Below are positions 29,346 through 42,030 of a stretch of DNA of 64,000 bases, piece after piece. Made by a program: the position numbers and the translations under genes. The notes below the pieces were generated by a model that saw nothing but the letters and a program-made list of their open reading frames with translations, was not told where the DNA came from and ran no database searches. Location: NCBI GenBank assembly GCA_951406725.2, contig OX597821.1, positions 109,678,001 to 109,742,000 on the forward strand. Direction: 5' to 3'. Each line of letters starts with the position of its first letter. Position 1 is the stretch's first letter. Source of the stretch: Octopus vulgaris (lineage: Eukaryota).

Positions 29346-30244
29346 TGATTGATCTGATCAATAAGTAATAGAACTGTTGCCATAGTAACGAAGCTAAAGC
29401 ACGCAGAGTGAAGTCGCTAGGCACAGATAGACCTTGAACTCTGCTGTGCATGCGCACTAGGTTTTAACGTTCTACCTCACTTCCGCTCTTTACAGCACTG
29501 ATTGGAAGTAACGTGTGTAGCGAGTGATCGTCGCTTTGAAAATGACAGAGAAAGTTGAGCAGAAAATTTGCATCATATTTTGCCAAAAGCTTGGAGATAC
29601 CTGCTCAGACACCTACGCAAACTGTTTAAGAAGTTTTCATCGTTCTCGACAAAATCAAAGAGATCTTGCGCAACTGAAACCTGAGTGTCTCTTTGGTCAG
29701 CTGAAAGCAGCTTTGGCACAAACTTGGCAGACACGCGTCCCATACCCAAATCTTCAGTGATAATGGACTGAACTGACCTGTAACTAATCTGCACATTCTC
29801 TGATAACTCATGGATGGTGATTCGACGATTTCTCCCGGCAGTAGCACGCACATCTACAATGCTGATATTTTTCTCAGTTTTGCCGGTTGCGGGCCTCCCA
29901 GAATGTTCGTCAATATCGACATTTTTCGGCCATCTTGGAAACGTCTGGACCACTCATATACTTGTGTGCAACTCATTCACTCTTCTCCATACACTTTCTG
30001 CAACTTTACGTAGGCCTCTGAGCAGCTATCGCCATGAGAACTTTTTCTGTCGTGGTCAATGCGACGATTACTCGCTACACACGTTATTTCGAAGCACTGC
30101 TGTAAACAGTGAAAGTGAGCTAGAATGTTAAAACTTAGTGCACACGCACAGGAGTCAAGGTCTGTCTCTGCCAAGCGGCTTCACTCTGTGTGCTTTAACT
30201 TCGTTACTATGGCAACAGTCCGGATGCTTATTGATCAGACCTCG
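29346..30244. mobile_element. Non-autonomous mariner derivative built from two inverted left ends
   Basis: Inverted arms of about 270 bp, both reading tctgatcaataag..ctgttgccatagtaacgaag inward. Left arm codes EQKICIIFCQKLGDTCSDTYA; minus strand codes DEHSGRP..RRITIHELSE..SAKFVPKLL; TA flanks. Confidence 0.85.
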
Positions 30245-30537
30245 TATTAACATTTTTTTTATGCAATTCGTAATTGTATTTAAATATAAAAATATAATAG
30301 GATTTTGAAAGCATCGAAATGTCTTTGGGTATCCACGCGAATGAAAAGGAATCAAAAGGATCCAGAGACAAAAATGGTTTGGAAGCACGGCATTTGATTA
30401 TGTTGAGTTAACGCCCATGAAGACGCGTATTCCATTCTCTAAGCTGATGGTTCCCAACCTGGGGTCCGCGGAGCTCTGGTGGCCCACAAAGGTAGTACTA
30501 GAAGTCCGTGAACTAAATTCAAAATTTCATATATATA

Positions 30538-30596
<59 letters not shown>

Positions 30597-31249
30597 TTTT
30601 TGGTACGTTTATATATTTGTTGTGCAAGATTTTTATGTGAAGTCGTGTGTTGAAACAGATATTGTTATATTTCGGAATGGTCATTTTGCCAGTTTAGCCA
30701 ATCAGACAAATTACAGAAGCTACACACATAATAGAAAAAAAACCTAGCCTGAATAGGAAACTAGAATGTAACCCTAGCACACACCACAACATATGACGGT
30801 AGAGGATCCCAATAAACTGGTTACAATATGAACAGAACCGAAAACATAATAAATAAAATACACAGATAAATAAACAAATAGAAATAAATAACTATATAAG
30901 TTTTTTTTTTTTATTATTATTATTACTAGTATTGTTGTTATACAGACATGCATACATACAAGCATATGTAATGATAATAATAAGTGGATGTAAACACATG
31001 AACAAAATAAGAATAAACAAAAACAACAACAAAAACAAATTAGATGAACGTATATAAACAGAAGATACAAATATTACAGGCATCCCCCCACATACACACT
31101 AAATAAACATAGACGCACATAGAGATATAAGCATGTGCAAATGAAGACATACAATAGAAATACAAAATGGCTGCGGTTAGTAAGGAGAGGCACAAATAAG
31201 AAAGAAGAAAACAAAGGACCACTGATGCGGTCACAGGAGTGTGACGAAA

Positions 31250-31299
<50 letters not shown>

Positions 31300-33484
31300 G
31301 GCTTCTTTCAGTTTCCGTGAGAAAATTCATTCAAAGAAAAGGATTGGGAATCACTGTTGGAAACTATTGTGAAAAGGTTGATAACCGTTGCTTCAGCTGG
31401 ACGTTTCGACAAATTGGTTGTATGTCAGCAATCCACAAATTATATTAACGTATTTTTGCGCGATCCTTAATTATATTTAATTATAAAAATATAATTTAAA
31501 CATTAAATGGTTATAGGTGTTCACGCGAGGGAAATTGTAATCAATAGGGGAAAAAATGGTTGAGATCTTTCGATTTACGGTTTTGAGCAAACATTCATAA
31601 AATCGCATATTCCATTCTCGAACCGGGCGATTCGACATTTGTTTGAGCAAGTACCTCATTACACGTCCCTCCTACCTAATCAGGCTGAAACGAATACCAA
31701 AAGTAACTAGGAATTGAGCATGCGGGAGACTGGCGTCTTGTCCAGTTAATCTGAACTCGACGCCTGTTGAAACGTACAGCTTGCTAGGAGCGGTTTAAAC
31801 AGGTGTTATCCGGATTAAATAACTTTGTTAAAGAAATCGTGGGAGTGTATGAAGTTTTGGGGTAACAATTATATGAATAGTGTAGACAAAAATTGCAGGG
31901 ACGCTGGAGAATTTACCGTATTTGGTGACATGTAGCACTCGCAGACATATCTGAGCCCTACCCTCTTCACCAGACAGTCTGAGAATTGCTGGAAATAGCA
32001 CTCTAGTTGTTAGTGGTGAAATAACAGTATAATCTAACGAAGGTCTATATGTGTGTGTGTATATATAGGTATACGTATGTATATATATATATATATATGC
32101 ATGTATGTATGTATGTATGTATGTATATATATATATATATATGCATGTATGTATGTATGTATGTATGTATGTGTGTGTGCGTATATATATATATTTATGT
32201 ATATATATATTTCTGTGTATATGTTAATACATATATATATTTATATATTCCTACATATATGTTAATGCGTGTGTGTGTGTGTGAATTTGGGCCAATGTTT
32301 GTCCCTCATCGCCGCTTGTCAACCGGTGTTGGTGCGTTTACGTTCTTGCAACTTAGCGTTTCTGCAAAAGAGACCGATAGAATAAGCACCGGGCTTAAGA
32401 AGAAAGACCAGTGCTAGGTTCCATTCTCTCGACTAAAACCTCTTCATAGAGGTGCCCCAGCATGGCCGCAGTCTAATGACTTAAACAAGCAGAAGCTATA
32501 CATTCATACATGCACATACATACATACATGCATACATACACACATACATACATAATTGTATGTATATACCTCAAATAAGTGTATGTCTATATCTCACTTT
32601 TAAGTTTATCGCTAGGGATTTTCTATAATATTCATTGCCAGCATTGGCAATTACATTTCGTAAATGAACATGTCCATTTAAACAACGCAATCGTAGACAA
32701 AATAAGTAATGGCTGTATATGCATTTTTCGAGAGTTATTGAACTCTCATCAGCACCACATCCAACCTATCCTACCGCATTTCACTTGTTCGGAGTGGGAG
32801 GAGAAACGTGGTGGGAGAAGTTGAAATCTGTGGACTTATAGTAGACAAAGAAAAGTCGGAGAATGTTGTCGTTTTGGTGATAATGAAGTAAACTGACGAA
32901 GGTTTCAGAAAATGGCAATGGTAAATTTTAGGGAAAGGTGAAACTATCCTATTTTATGTGTCAAATAATTATGAGAATTCCTTAAGAATCCAGGCACAAT
33001 ATCTTGTAAGCCGCCAGAAAATGGTCTGGTACAAACACATAGAGCTCTAGGTGAAATAAAACGACAATGTAGCTTTTAAGAGTCAGAAGGAGACCGTAGA
33101 TATGAAAGTACTAAATCCAAACTTTAACCATCGACCTGACTCACCAGTGGTTCCATGGTGTGGTGCATTTTATGTCCTCTTCTCAACCATATTCTTTTTA
33201 GTTGCTTTTTTTGTTTTTGTCTTTTTCTTTGTTTTTTTTTTTTTTGCTTTGAAGTTTTATGGTTGCAAGTTTGTCTGTAACTGGGTTAGCAGCAGCTGAT
33301 GTTCTTTGAGTGTAACCTTATATCGTTGGCTAGGTCCGGTATTTTGGGGTAGGAGTTCACCCAATGTTTTCTTGAATGTTTCAATAGGAGTCCACTTCAT
33401 GTTTCTGATTCCTTTATGTACGCAACTGAATATATTTATATATATACAAGACATACACACATAGGTACATAGATACATACATAC

Positions 33485-33596
<112 letters not shown>

Positions 33597-33776
33597 ATAT
33601 ATATATGTATGTATGCCTGTACCTATATAACTTATTTGTATGCGTGTATCCCTCCACCATATGGTACTCGAAAAGTCATACTAGCATGTGTACTAAATGT
33701 TCAGAAGTTGAACTTAGATTAGGTGTTTATGTGTGTGTATGAGTACCCATATGTGTGTGTTTGTGTGAATATATAT

Positions 33777-33815
<39 letters not shown>

Positions 33816-34282
33816 TGAGGAAAATAGAGAGGAAGAGAGAGAATGTGAAAAGAGAGAAGACTAGAACGAGAAAGAGAGAGGTCACTTAACTCCTTAACTT
33901 TCTATAGGAATACGATTGCACGTGTGAATGAGACTTAAGCTGAAGCACTGGCGCCATTTGAAGAGTTTGCTGGAGAAAAGGGTGAGAAGGATGAGGGGGA
34001 GTAGGAGGAGGAGAAAGAGAAATGAAGAAGAAGAAGAAGAAGAAGAAGAAGAAGAAGAAGAAGAAGAAGAAGGACAAGAATGGTAGGAAAAAGAAAAGCG
34101 GAGGAGGAGGAGGAGGAGGAGGAGGAAGAGGAAAAGAAGAATGCAACTAAATGGAAAGTTTTGTTTCCGGTGTTCTTCCTGTTCGTTTAAAAGACGTTTG
34201 TAATTAATGCCAGAAATCAGAAATGTTTAGTATGCAGGCTTTATGGTTGTATACACACATATATATATACACACATACATAC

Positions 34283-34363
<81 letters not shown>

Positions 34364-34645
34364 CACATACATACATACATACATATATACAGATATACAT
34401 ACATATATATATGTGTGTATATATATATACATACATATGTATACATTCAAATATGTACATATATTTATATATATCCATGTATATATATGTATATACATAT
34501 TCTTTTATTCTTTTACTTGTTGCAGTCATTTGACTGCGGCCACGCAGGAGTTTCGCCTTCGTTCGAGCAAATCGACCGCTGGACTTATTCTTTGTAAGCC
34601 TAGTACTTACTTATCCTATCCGTTTATCCCATTCCTATACTATAC

Positions 34646-34693
<48 letters not shown>

Positions 34694-34836
34694 CAATTGA
34701 GATTCAAGTGAGTTCTAATGAATGCACATGAATATGGTCCTTAACTTGGATGCACCAGAAATCTATTTGGTGTTAACCATACGACAAAGTGGGGTGATTA
34801 CAAATAGGAAAAAAGCAACAAGAATGGATCAATATA

Positions 34837-34921
34837 TCGGTACAATTGTTTCGTACGAGGACATCTTTAATAAAGCTACAAAAATTGCAGTAAATATAGG
34901 TGGCTCGTACTCATCAGCCGA
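34837..34921 (-). ncRNA. Type I hammerhead ribozyme motif, complete
   Basis: Minus: tcgg CTGATGA gtacgag(loop)ctcgtac GAA ACAATTGT A ccga. 4-bp stem I, 7-bp stem II, palindromic stem III, GUA triplet. Confidence 0.88.
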
Positions 34922-35103
34922 AAAAACATCCGAGATTCCCAAACATCAAAGGGGGTAATGTTACACTTATGAAACATCATGGAAAATTCTATAAAAATGA
35001 GATGTTTGGGAATCTCGGATGTTTTTTCGGCTGATGAGTACGAGCCACCTATATTTACTGCAATTTTTGTAGCTTTATTAAAGATGTCCTCGTACGAAAC
35101 AAT
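34845..35103. repeat. Perfect 103-bp fold-back (arms 34845-34947 and 35001-35103)
   Basis: Arms are exact reverse complements as read by eye, with a 53-bp spacer; TA-rich flanks. Confidence 0.95.
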
Positions 35104-35244
35104 ATATATATATGTGTGTGTGTGTGTTAGATATTTTATAATAAATCAAGAAAAAAAGAACAGCATGCACAAAAGAAACAACAAGGCGAGGACGTGGTAC
35201 ATGTAAAGAATTAGTAGAGACGCTCAGGGAAGGAAAGAAAGGTG

Positions 35245-35279
35245 GTTTTACGTTTCGAGCAAAACTCTTCTTCGGAAAC
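35245..35279 (-). ncRNA. Ultra-minimal hammerhead-like motif with variant core
   Basis: Minus: gttt CCGAAGAA gag ttttg ctc GAAACGTA aaac. Relatives at about 3305 (+, CTGAAGAA, truncated) and about 47495 (-, core deleted). Confidence 0.45.
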
Positions 35280-35339
35280 AGAAGACAGTCCAATGGAAAG
35301 GGAGACGGAAGAGGGAAATCGCCAACCATTTACATGTAG

Positions 35340-35392
<53 letters not shown>

Positions 35393-35572
35393 TATGGCCA
35401 CAACTCTCTAGCTGAATCTAGAACACATACATATATGTACAACGCACATATATGAATGGATATACGTATGTATAATGCCTGTATGCACTATGCTTCAGTG
35501 TGTGTATACATACATACACACATATATACATGCATACATATGTATATATATATATACCACATCAAAGGAGAA

Positions 35573-35919
35573 ACTTTAGGCAAGCATCTTCTACTATAGC
35601 CTCGGACCGACCAAAAAACCTTGTGAGTGTATTTGGTAGACGGAAACTGAAAGAAGCCTGTCGTATATGTATGTGTGTGTGTGTGTGTGTTTAAGTGTGT
35701 GCGTGTGTGTGTGTGTACCTGTATTTGTCCCCTAACCATCGGTTGACAACCGATGTTGGTGAGTTTACGTCCCCGTAACTGAGCAGTTCGGCAAAAGAGA
35801 CTGATAGAATAAGTACTAGGCTTACAAAGACTAAGTACTGGGATCGATTTCTTCGACTAATGGTGGTGCTCCAGCATGACCACAGTCAAATGACTGAAAC
35901 AAGTAAAAGAATAAAAGAA
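35573..35919 (+). mobile_element. SINE family C lacking tRNA head
   Basis: actttaggcaagcatcttctactatagcc...gacggaaactgaaagaagcc, TG tract, full 3' body. Confidence 0.85.
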
Positions 35920-36913
35920 TATATATATATATACACACAGACAGACACATACACACACATATATATATTATGTATGTATCTATGCATGTATGTATATCTT
36001 TCTATCTATGTATCAAGATATATATATGTATATGCACACATATATACACATGTATGTATGTATGTACGTATGCATATAAAATACCGTAAAATCGTTCAAT
36101 CAACGTTGGCGCTCCTTGCCATTCGATATTTTATTGAAATTAAATTCACAACTCATGGAGGCATGAAGACATTGCAATACGACACCTTTCGCTTAACTTG
36201 TCTTAGAGTTCTTCAAAAGTGTACGTACTTAAACATATCAAAGAAGGAAAAACCCATTATGCTATAACATTCAAATGTACACATCACATCGAGGAGCACT
36301 AGACAGACTACCCTTACCTGTATACATTTTGGCCAATAGCTTCATATTTCAGTGAGCTGTGGTCACAGAATGTGTGTCAGATCATAACGGAAATGACTAC
36401 CGTCGTTCTTAGCAAAAGCTTTAATGTGGCCTGAGCCAGTAGTGGTCGAGAGACTTCAAAGTTTATCAAAATCTATACACAAGTATGTATATGATTATCG
36501 ATAAGCTGTCGAACCTGGGATGATATCTTATATGGTAGAAGTATCACCGATTCATTGCACACAAATTTCAGCAGCAAAATCTTATATGGAACTCCGAAGG
36601 TCATATCGCCCCCTAAGGGTGATATGGGCCCTGGTTGAGAATAACTGCGCTAAGTACTACAAGACGCGCCTTGGAGACGTGATATGTTGAATCTGAGATG
36701 ATAAGAGATGAGAGGATGAGTTTGTTCACATATTTCCTGTGTCGTGTCGTGTTTTCTATATGGTTCTTCAACGTACTCTTCTGCTGCATATCACTATGAA
36801 TATTATAGGGTACCATATTACATTACATAGTATTATATTACATTATAAGTATAATGCTACATCAAATCATATATTATATATAGACATGCATATATACATA
36901 CATATATAAGAAC

Positions 36914-36958
<45 letters not shown>

Positions 36959-37082
36959 AATTGAGATAGGGGTTGTAAATGCAACCCTCTATGGGATAAC
37001 GTACATCCAATATACTGCTAGTGAAGTACCCAACAAAGTTAATACATAAATGTTAATGATTGCGATGCAATCAATTCATTTA

Positions 37083-37480
37083 CTCCCAAATAAGGAAGCA
37101 AGTGCTAGAAACACAAAGAAGGATAAATTCATCTAAGGAATGAAAATCAAAAACATTTACCATTATAGATGTATCCCAGACTGATCAGTTTCTACCTATT
37201 TCTAGCAAAACACACAGAATATGTTTGCGTGGAGGTTTGGAAAGTTAAGATTTACAAACCGTTAGAGCTACACGTGCTCTAACTCTCTGTGCATCTAGGA
37301 TTTAGAAGGCTACCCACTGACGAACCTTGCCTGGGCAAACATATTCTGTATGTTTTGCTAGAAAGAGGTAGAAACTGATCAGTCTGGGATACATCTATAA
37401 TGGTAAATGTGTTTGATTTTCATTCCTTTGATGAATTTATCCCTCTTTGTGATTCTAGCACTTGCTTCCTTATTTGGGAG
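37083..37480. repeat. Fold-back with arms of about 146 bp (37083-37228, 37335-37480)
   Basis: ctcccaaataaggaagcaagtgctagaa... pairs with ...ttctagcacttgcttccttatttgggag, with a few mismatches; lies between (TA)n tracts. Confidence 0.92.
37313..37388 (+). ncRNA. Type I hammerhead ribozyme motif
   Basis: ccca CTGACGA acct(loop)aggt a GAA ACTGATCAGT C tggg. 10-nt palindromic stem III, GUC triplet, one unpaired A before GAAA. Confidence 0.8.
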
Positions 37481-37585
37481 CCTTTATTATATTTCTATAC
37501 GAAAAATATATTGTCTAATGACTACTTCGTCTTTTGTGCTAGGCCACTGGTAATAATAACTTATGTTATTACCCTTTTTAATTAT

Positions 37586-37665
<80 letters not shown>

Positions 37666-38388
37666 ACAAAATGTTAACTAAAACATATGCATATATACAT
37701 ACATATATGTACATACGTACATCTATATGTATATACATGCATATATGGGTACAGGACACCAAAAAAAATCGTCGAACACAATGAGAAACGAAAACATAAA
37801 AACAAGACCATGGAAACGGACTTTTTACAAACAACGAAGAAGTAGAGTACAAGACATACAACACAAGGAATATTCCCCTTCTTCTGCTGCCCCCTGCTTC
37901 GTCTACCTCCGTGTTTCGATATATATAAATTTGCATATAAGAACGTATCTTTAAAAAATATATTACTGGGGTCGATTCATGATTAAAATTTCTTCAAGTC
38001 GGTGGGAAAAAAAAAACGGTTTGTTTTTACTCGTTTGGTTGTTTGTTTGCTATTGCTATTTTGTTGTTGTTTTTTTGAATTTTGCTTTTGTATTTTTTTT
38101 TTTTGTTGATTTTTGTGTTGTTTTGTTTTTAAGTGCTGAGAATCCACCATGTCTCTCGAGCTTCACATTTCGATTCTGTGTGCATGTGTATCCAGGATTT
38201 ACAGTTTGGCGCACTTAAATATTCTCACGATCAGGTTTGTTTATAATTTTTGATGGATGACTTCTATTATGTCCTCAAGTACTTTAATAAGTACACACTC
38301 AGATGTGCTTGTAGGCATGTTCGTACGTATGTATGTATGTATGGGTGGAGATTTGTTTCTATGCATGTATGTATCTTTGTAGAAAGAT

Positions 38389-38390
38389 AT

Positions 38391-38471
<81 letters not shown>

Positions 38472-38589
38472 CAGACAGAGACAGACACAGGCACACAGAC
38501 AGACAAACAGGCAGACAAACAGATAGACGAATATATAGACAGACAGACAGAGAGATAAACAGACAGACAGACAGACAGACAGACAGACT

Positions 38590-38650
<61 letters not shown>

Positions 38651-38726
38651 GTAGGTAGGTAGATAGATTAGAGACAGACAGGCAGAAACAGACAGACAGA
38701 CAGACAGGCAGATTGAGAGATAGATG

Positions 38727-38782
<56 letters not shown>

Positions 38783-38785
38783 TGC

Positions 38786-38820
<35 letters not shown>

Positions 38821-38826
38821 TAGATA
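38389..38826. repeat. (GATA)n/(GACA)n compound microsatellite
   Basis: Directly visible; a second GATA/GACA/GA field spans 39930-40625. Confidence 0.95.
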
Positions 38827-39335
38827 CACACACGAGCTAAAGTGTTAGTGTTTCCGATATTTTCTATTTATAGTAGAGACGTGCGTGTGTATTTGTGTGT
38901 TTGCGTACGTGTGTGTGTGTGTGCGTGCGTATGTGTGTGTGTGCGTGCGTATGTGTGTGTGTATTTGTGTACGTGTATGTATGCGCACGTGTGTGTTTGC
39001 TTACAAATTCACTCAGCAAACAACAAATGCGTTAAGTGGGTTCGAATTTCGCCTCCCACTTCGCTGATTAGGCGACACTCAACCGTCAAATTGAAACAAC
39101 AACAACAACAACACAATAGCGATGACAACAACAGCCGAAAACAAAAACATAACAGTGAAAATCAACTTCAGCATTAGCATCAACAACATTAGCAAGAAAA
39201 TGAAGATGTGGGGAGATCGTTAATAAAAAAAAGCACGTAGAAAAAATGAAAACAAATGAAAACAATAGACAGACGAACAGACAGATAGAAAGATAGACAA
39301 ATGGACGTACATATCGATAGATAGACAGATAGATA

Positions 39336-39754
39336 TATTTCTTTACTGCCCACAAGGGGCTAAACATAGAGGGGACAAACAAGGACAGACGAAGGGATTG
39401 AGTCGATTATATCACCTCCAGTGCGAAATTGGTACTTTATTTATCGACCCGGAAAGGATGAAAGACAAAGTCAAACTCGGCGGAATTTGAACTCAGAACG
39501 TAACGACAGACGAAATACCTATTTCTTTATTACCCACAAGGGGCTAAACACAGAGGGGACAAACAAGGACAGACAAAGGGATTAAGTCGATTACACCGAC
39601 CCCAGTGCGTAACTGGTACTTTATTTAATCGACCCCGAAAGGATGAAAGGCAAAGTCTACCTTGGCGGAATTTGAACTCAGAACGTAACTGCAGACGAAA
39701 TACCGCTAAGCATTTCGCCCGGCGTGCTAACGTTTCTGCTAGCTCGCCACCTTT
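39336..39754 (-). mobile_element. SINE family A dimer (full copy plus 184-bp headless repeat)
   Basis: Units start at 39338 and 39522; flanked by atagatagacagatagata at 39317-39335 and 39755-39773 (TSD inside a GATA tract). Confidence 0.9.
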
Positions 39755-39777
39755 ATAGATAGACAGATAGATAGATA

Positions 39778-39930
39778 GGTTTCTTTATTGGCCACACAGG
39801 GCCGAACACAGAGGGGGCAAAATACGATGTAGAGCTATTCATTTCAAGAAAGAAAAAGGAGAAAAGTTTTTTAAAAAAAAAAAGGAAAAAGTGTCGATCG
39901 AAAGGATCGTGTCACAGAAAATATTGTAGA
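39778..39930 (-). mobile_element. 3' UTR stub of a Tx1-type LINE related to 26410-27950
   Basis: tttctttattggccacacagggccgaacacagagggggc...gtagagct...tcgatcgaaaggatcgtgtcacagaa parallels 26413-26600. Confidence 0.75.
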
Positions 39931-40006
39931 TATAGATAACAGACAGACAGGCAAACAAACAAACAGACAGGCAGGCAAACAGGCCGGCAGGCAGACAGAT
40001 AAATAG

Positions 40007-40064
<58 letters not shown>

Positions 40065-40171
40065 ATAAACAAAGAGAGAGCAGACAGAAAAACAGACAGG
40101 AAGATAGACAGACAGACTGGCAGGCAGGCAGACAGGCAATCAAATAAACAGACAGGCAGGCAAACAGATGG

Positions 40172-40255
<84 letters not shown>

Positions 40256-40268
40256 TGACTGATTGATT

Positions 40269-40350
<82 letters not shown>

Positions 40351-40569
40351 GAGAAAGAGAAAGAGGGAGAGAAAGCAGACAGACAAACAGACAGGAAAAT
40401 AGACAGACAGACAGGCAGAAGACGAACAGACAGACAGACAGGCAGGCAGAGAGATGGATGGCTAACAGACAGACAGACAGATAGCCAACAGACAAGCAGA
40501 CGGACAGATAGATAGGCAGTCAGACAGACACACAGACAGACAAACATACAGACAGATAGATAGATAGAT

Positions 40570-40630
<61 letters not shown>

Positions 40631-40855
40631 CATTGCGTGGGAGCGGAGAAATTACCACATTTTGGTGAGAACGAGAGAAAAAACAACCAAACTAATCGAG
40701 AAGGCCCTTACCGCCTCCAAATCGAACCGTTACAGACAAACTCACGGTTAATCTAACAATACTGGAGACTGGCCACTGGTATAAAAACTTGTGTTTGGAA
40801 TGATTACCACTGGGTTTGGCACATGGTTCTTTCATTCTTGTTTTAAGAGTGTATA

Positions 40856-41416
40856 TGTTTCTTTACTACCCACAAGGGGCTAAACATAGAGGGGACAAAC
40901 AAGGACAGACAAAGGGATTAAGTTGATTATATCGACCCCAGTGCGAAACTGGTACTTTAGTTATCGACCCCGAAAGGATGAAAGGCAAAGTCGACCTCGG
41001 CGGAATTTGAACTCTGAACGTAACGACAGACGAAATACCAATTTCTTTACTACCCACAAGAGGCTAAACATAGAGGGGACAAACAAGGACAGACAAAGGG
41101 ATTAAGTCGATTATATCGACCCCAGTGCGAAACTGGTACTTTAGTTATCGACCCCGAAAGGATGAAAGGCAAAGTCGACCTCGGCGGAATTTGAACTCAG
41201 AACGTAACGACAGACGAAATACCAATTTCTTTACTACCCACAAGAGGCTAAACATAGAGGGGACAAACAAGGACAGACAAAGGGATTAAGTTGATTATAT
41301 CGACCCCAGTGCGAAACTGGTACTTTATTTAATCGACCCCGAAAGGATGAAAGGCAAAGTCGACCTCGGCGGAATTCGCCCGGCGCGCTAACGCTTCTGC
41401 CAGCTCGCCGCCTTGC
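40856..41416 (-). mobile_element. SINE family A trimer with 14-bp TSD
   Basis: Units at 40858, 41042 and 41226 (period 184); TSD tttaagagtgtata at 40842-40855 and 41417-41430; the 5'-most unit has lost the B-box segment. Confidence 0.92.
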
Positions 41417-41588
41417 TTTAAGAGTGTATACTCACAGAATGGTACTCAGGGCAAACAGACCGCGATAATCCGATGAGGTACAGATGGCTAATTAAAAGAC
41501 AAAGCTATCGTCTGATGACTTGAAGGATTTAACGTGTACTTATAAGCATATAATATTACTCATATATATATATATATATGTGCTTGCC

Positions 41589-41625
<37 letters not shown>

Positions 41626-41842
41626 TTGAGGTTGCGTAGGTGTGTGAGTCTGCGTGTGCTACAATTAAACCAGGCTTTGACTACTCGGATGCACCTGTGT
41701 AAGTATGTGCCATCTATTCACTGACTTAATTTAGACTCGTCCGTCACGTAACACCTATTGTTTTTACACATACACATTCACACACGCACACGCTCACACA
41801 TACACACACATATATGTATGTATACGAATATATATATACATA

Positions 41843-42030
41843 TTATATAAAATCCGTTCTGTCTGTCTGTGTGTGTGTGTGTGGCTTCTAGGATCTAAGG
41901 GCATCCTCCATCCGATTGCGCTCAGATTTGATATATAGATACCGACGGTATCAGGGCGTGTATAAGTTTTGAAAAAATTACAAAAATTGATTCCAGGTGA
42001 GAATGCGATCAATAAAGCCGTTTTTGTCCT
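41843..42030 (+). mobile_element. Possible 5' fragment of a non-autonomous Helitron
   Basis: tatataaaatccgttctgtctgtctgtgtg...ccatccgattgcgctcagatttg resembles the 5' part of 58892-59284; no CTAG end found. Confidence 0.4.

Larger units (their letters stand above)
28924..30390. mobile_element. hAT MITE carrying two nested insertions
   Basis: Left end cagctattctcaacc, right end aaaatggtttggaagcacgg; internal pieces resemble 21433-21735 and 52931-53200. Confidence 0.55.
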
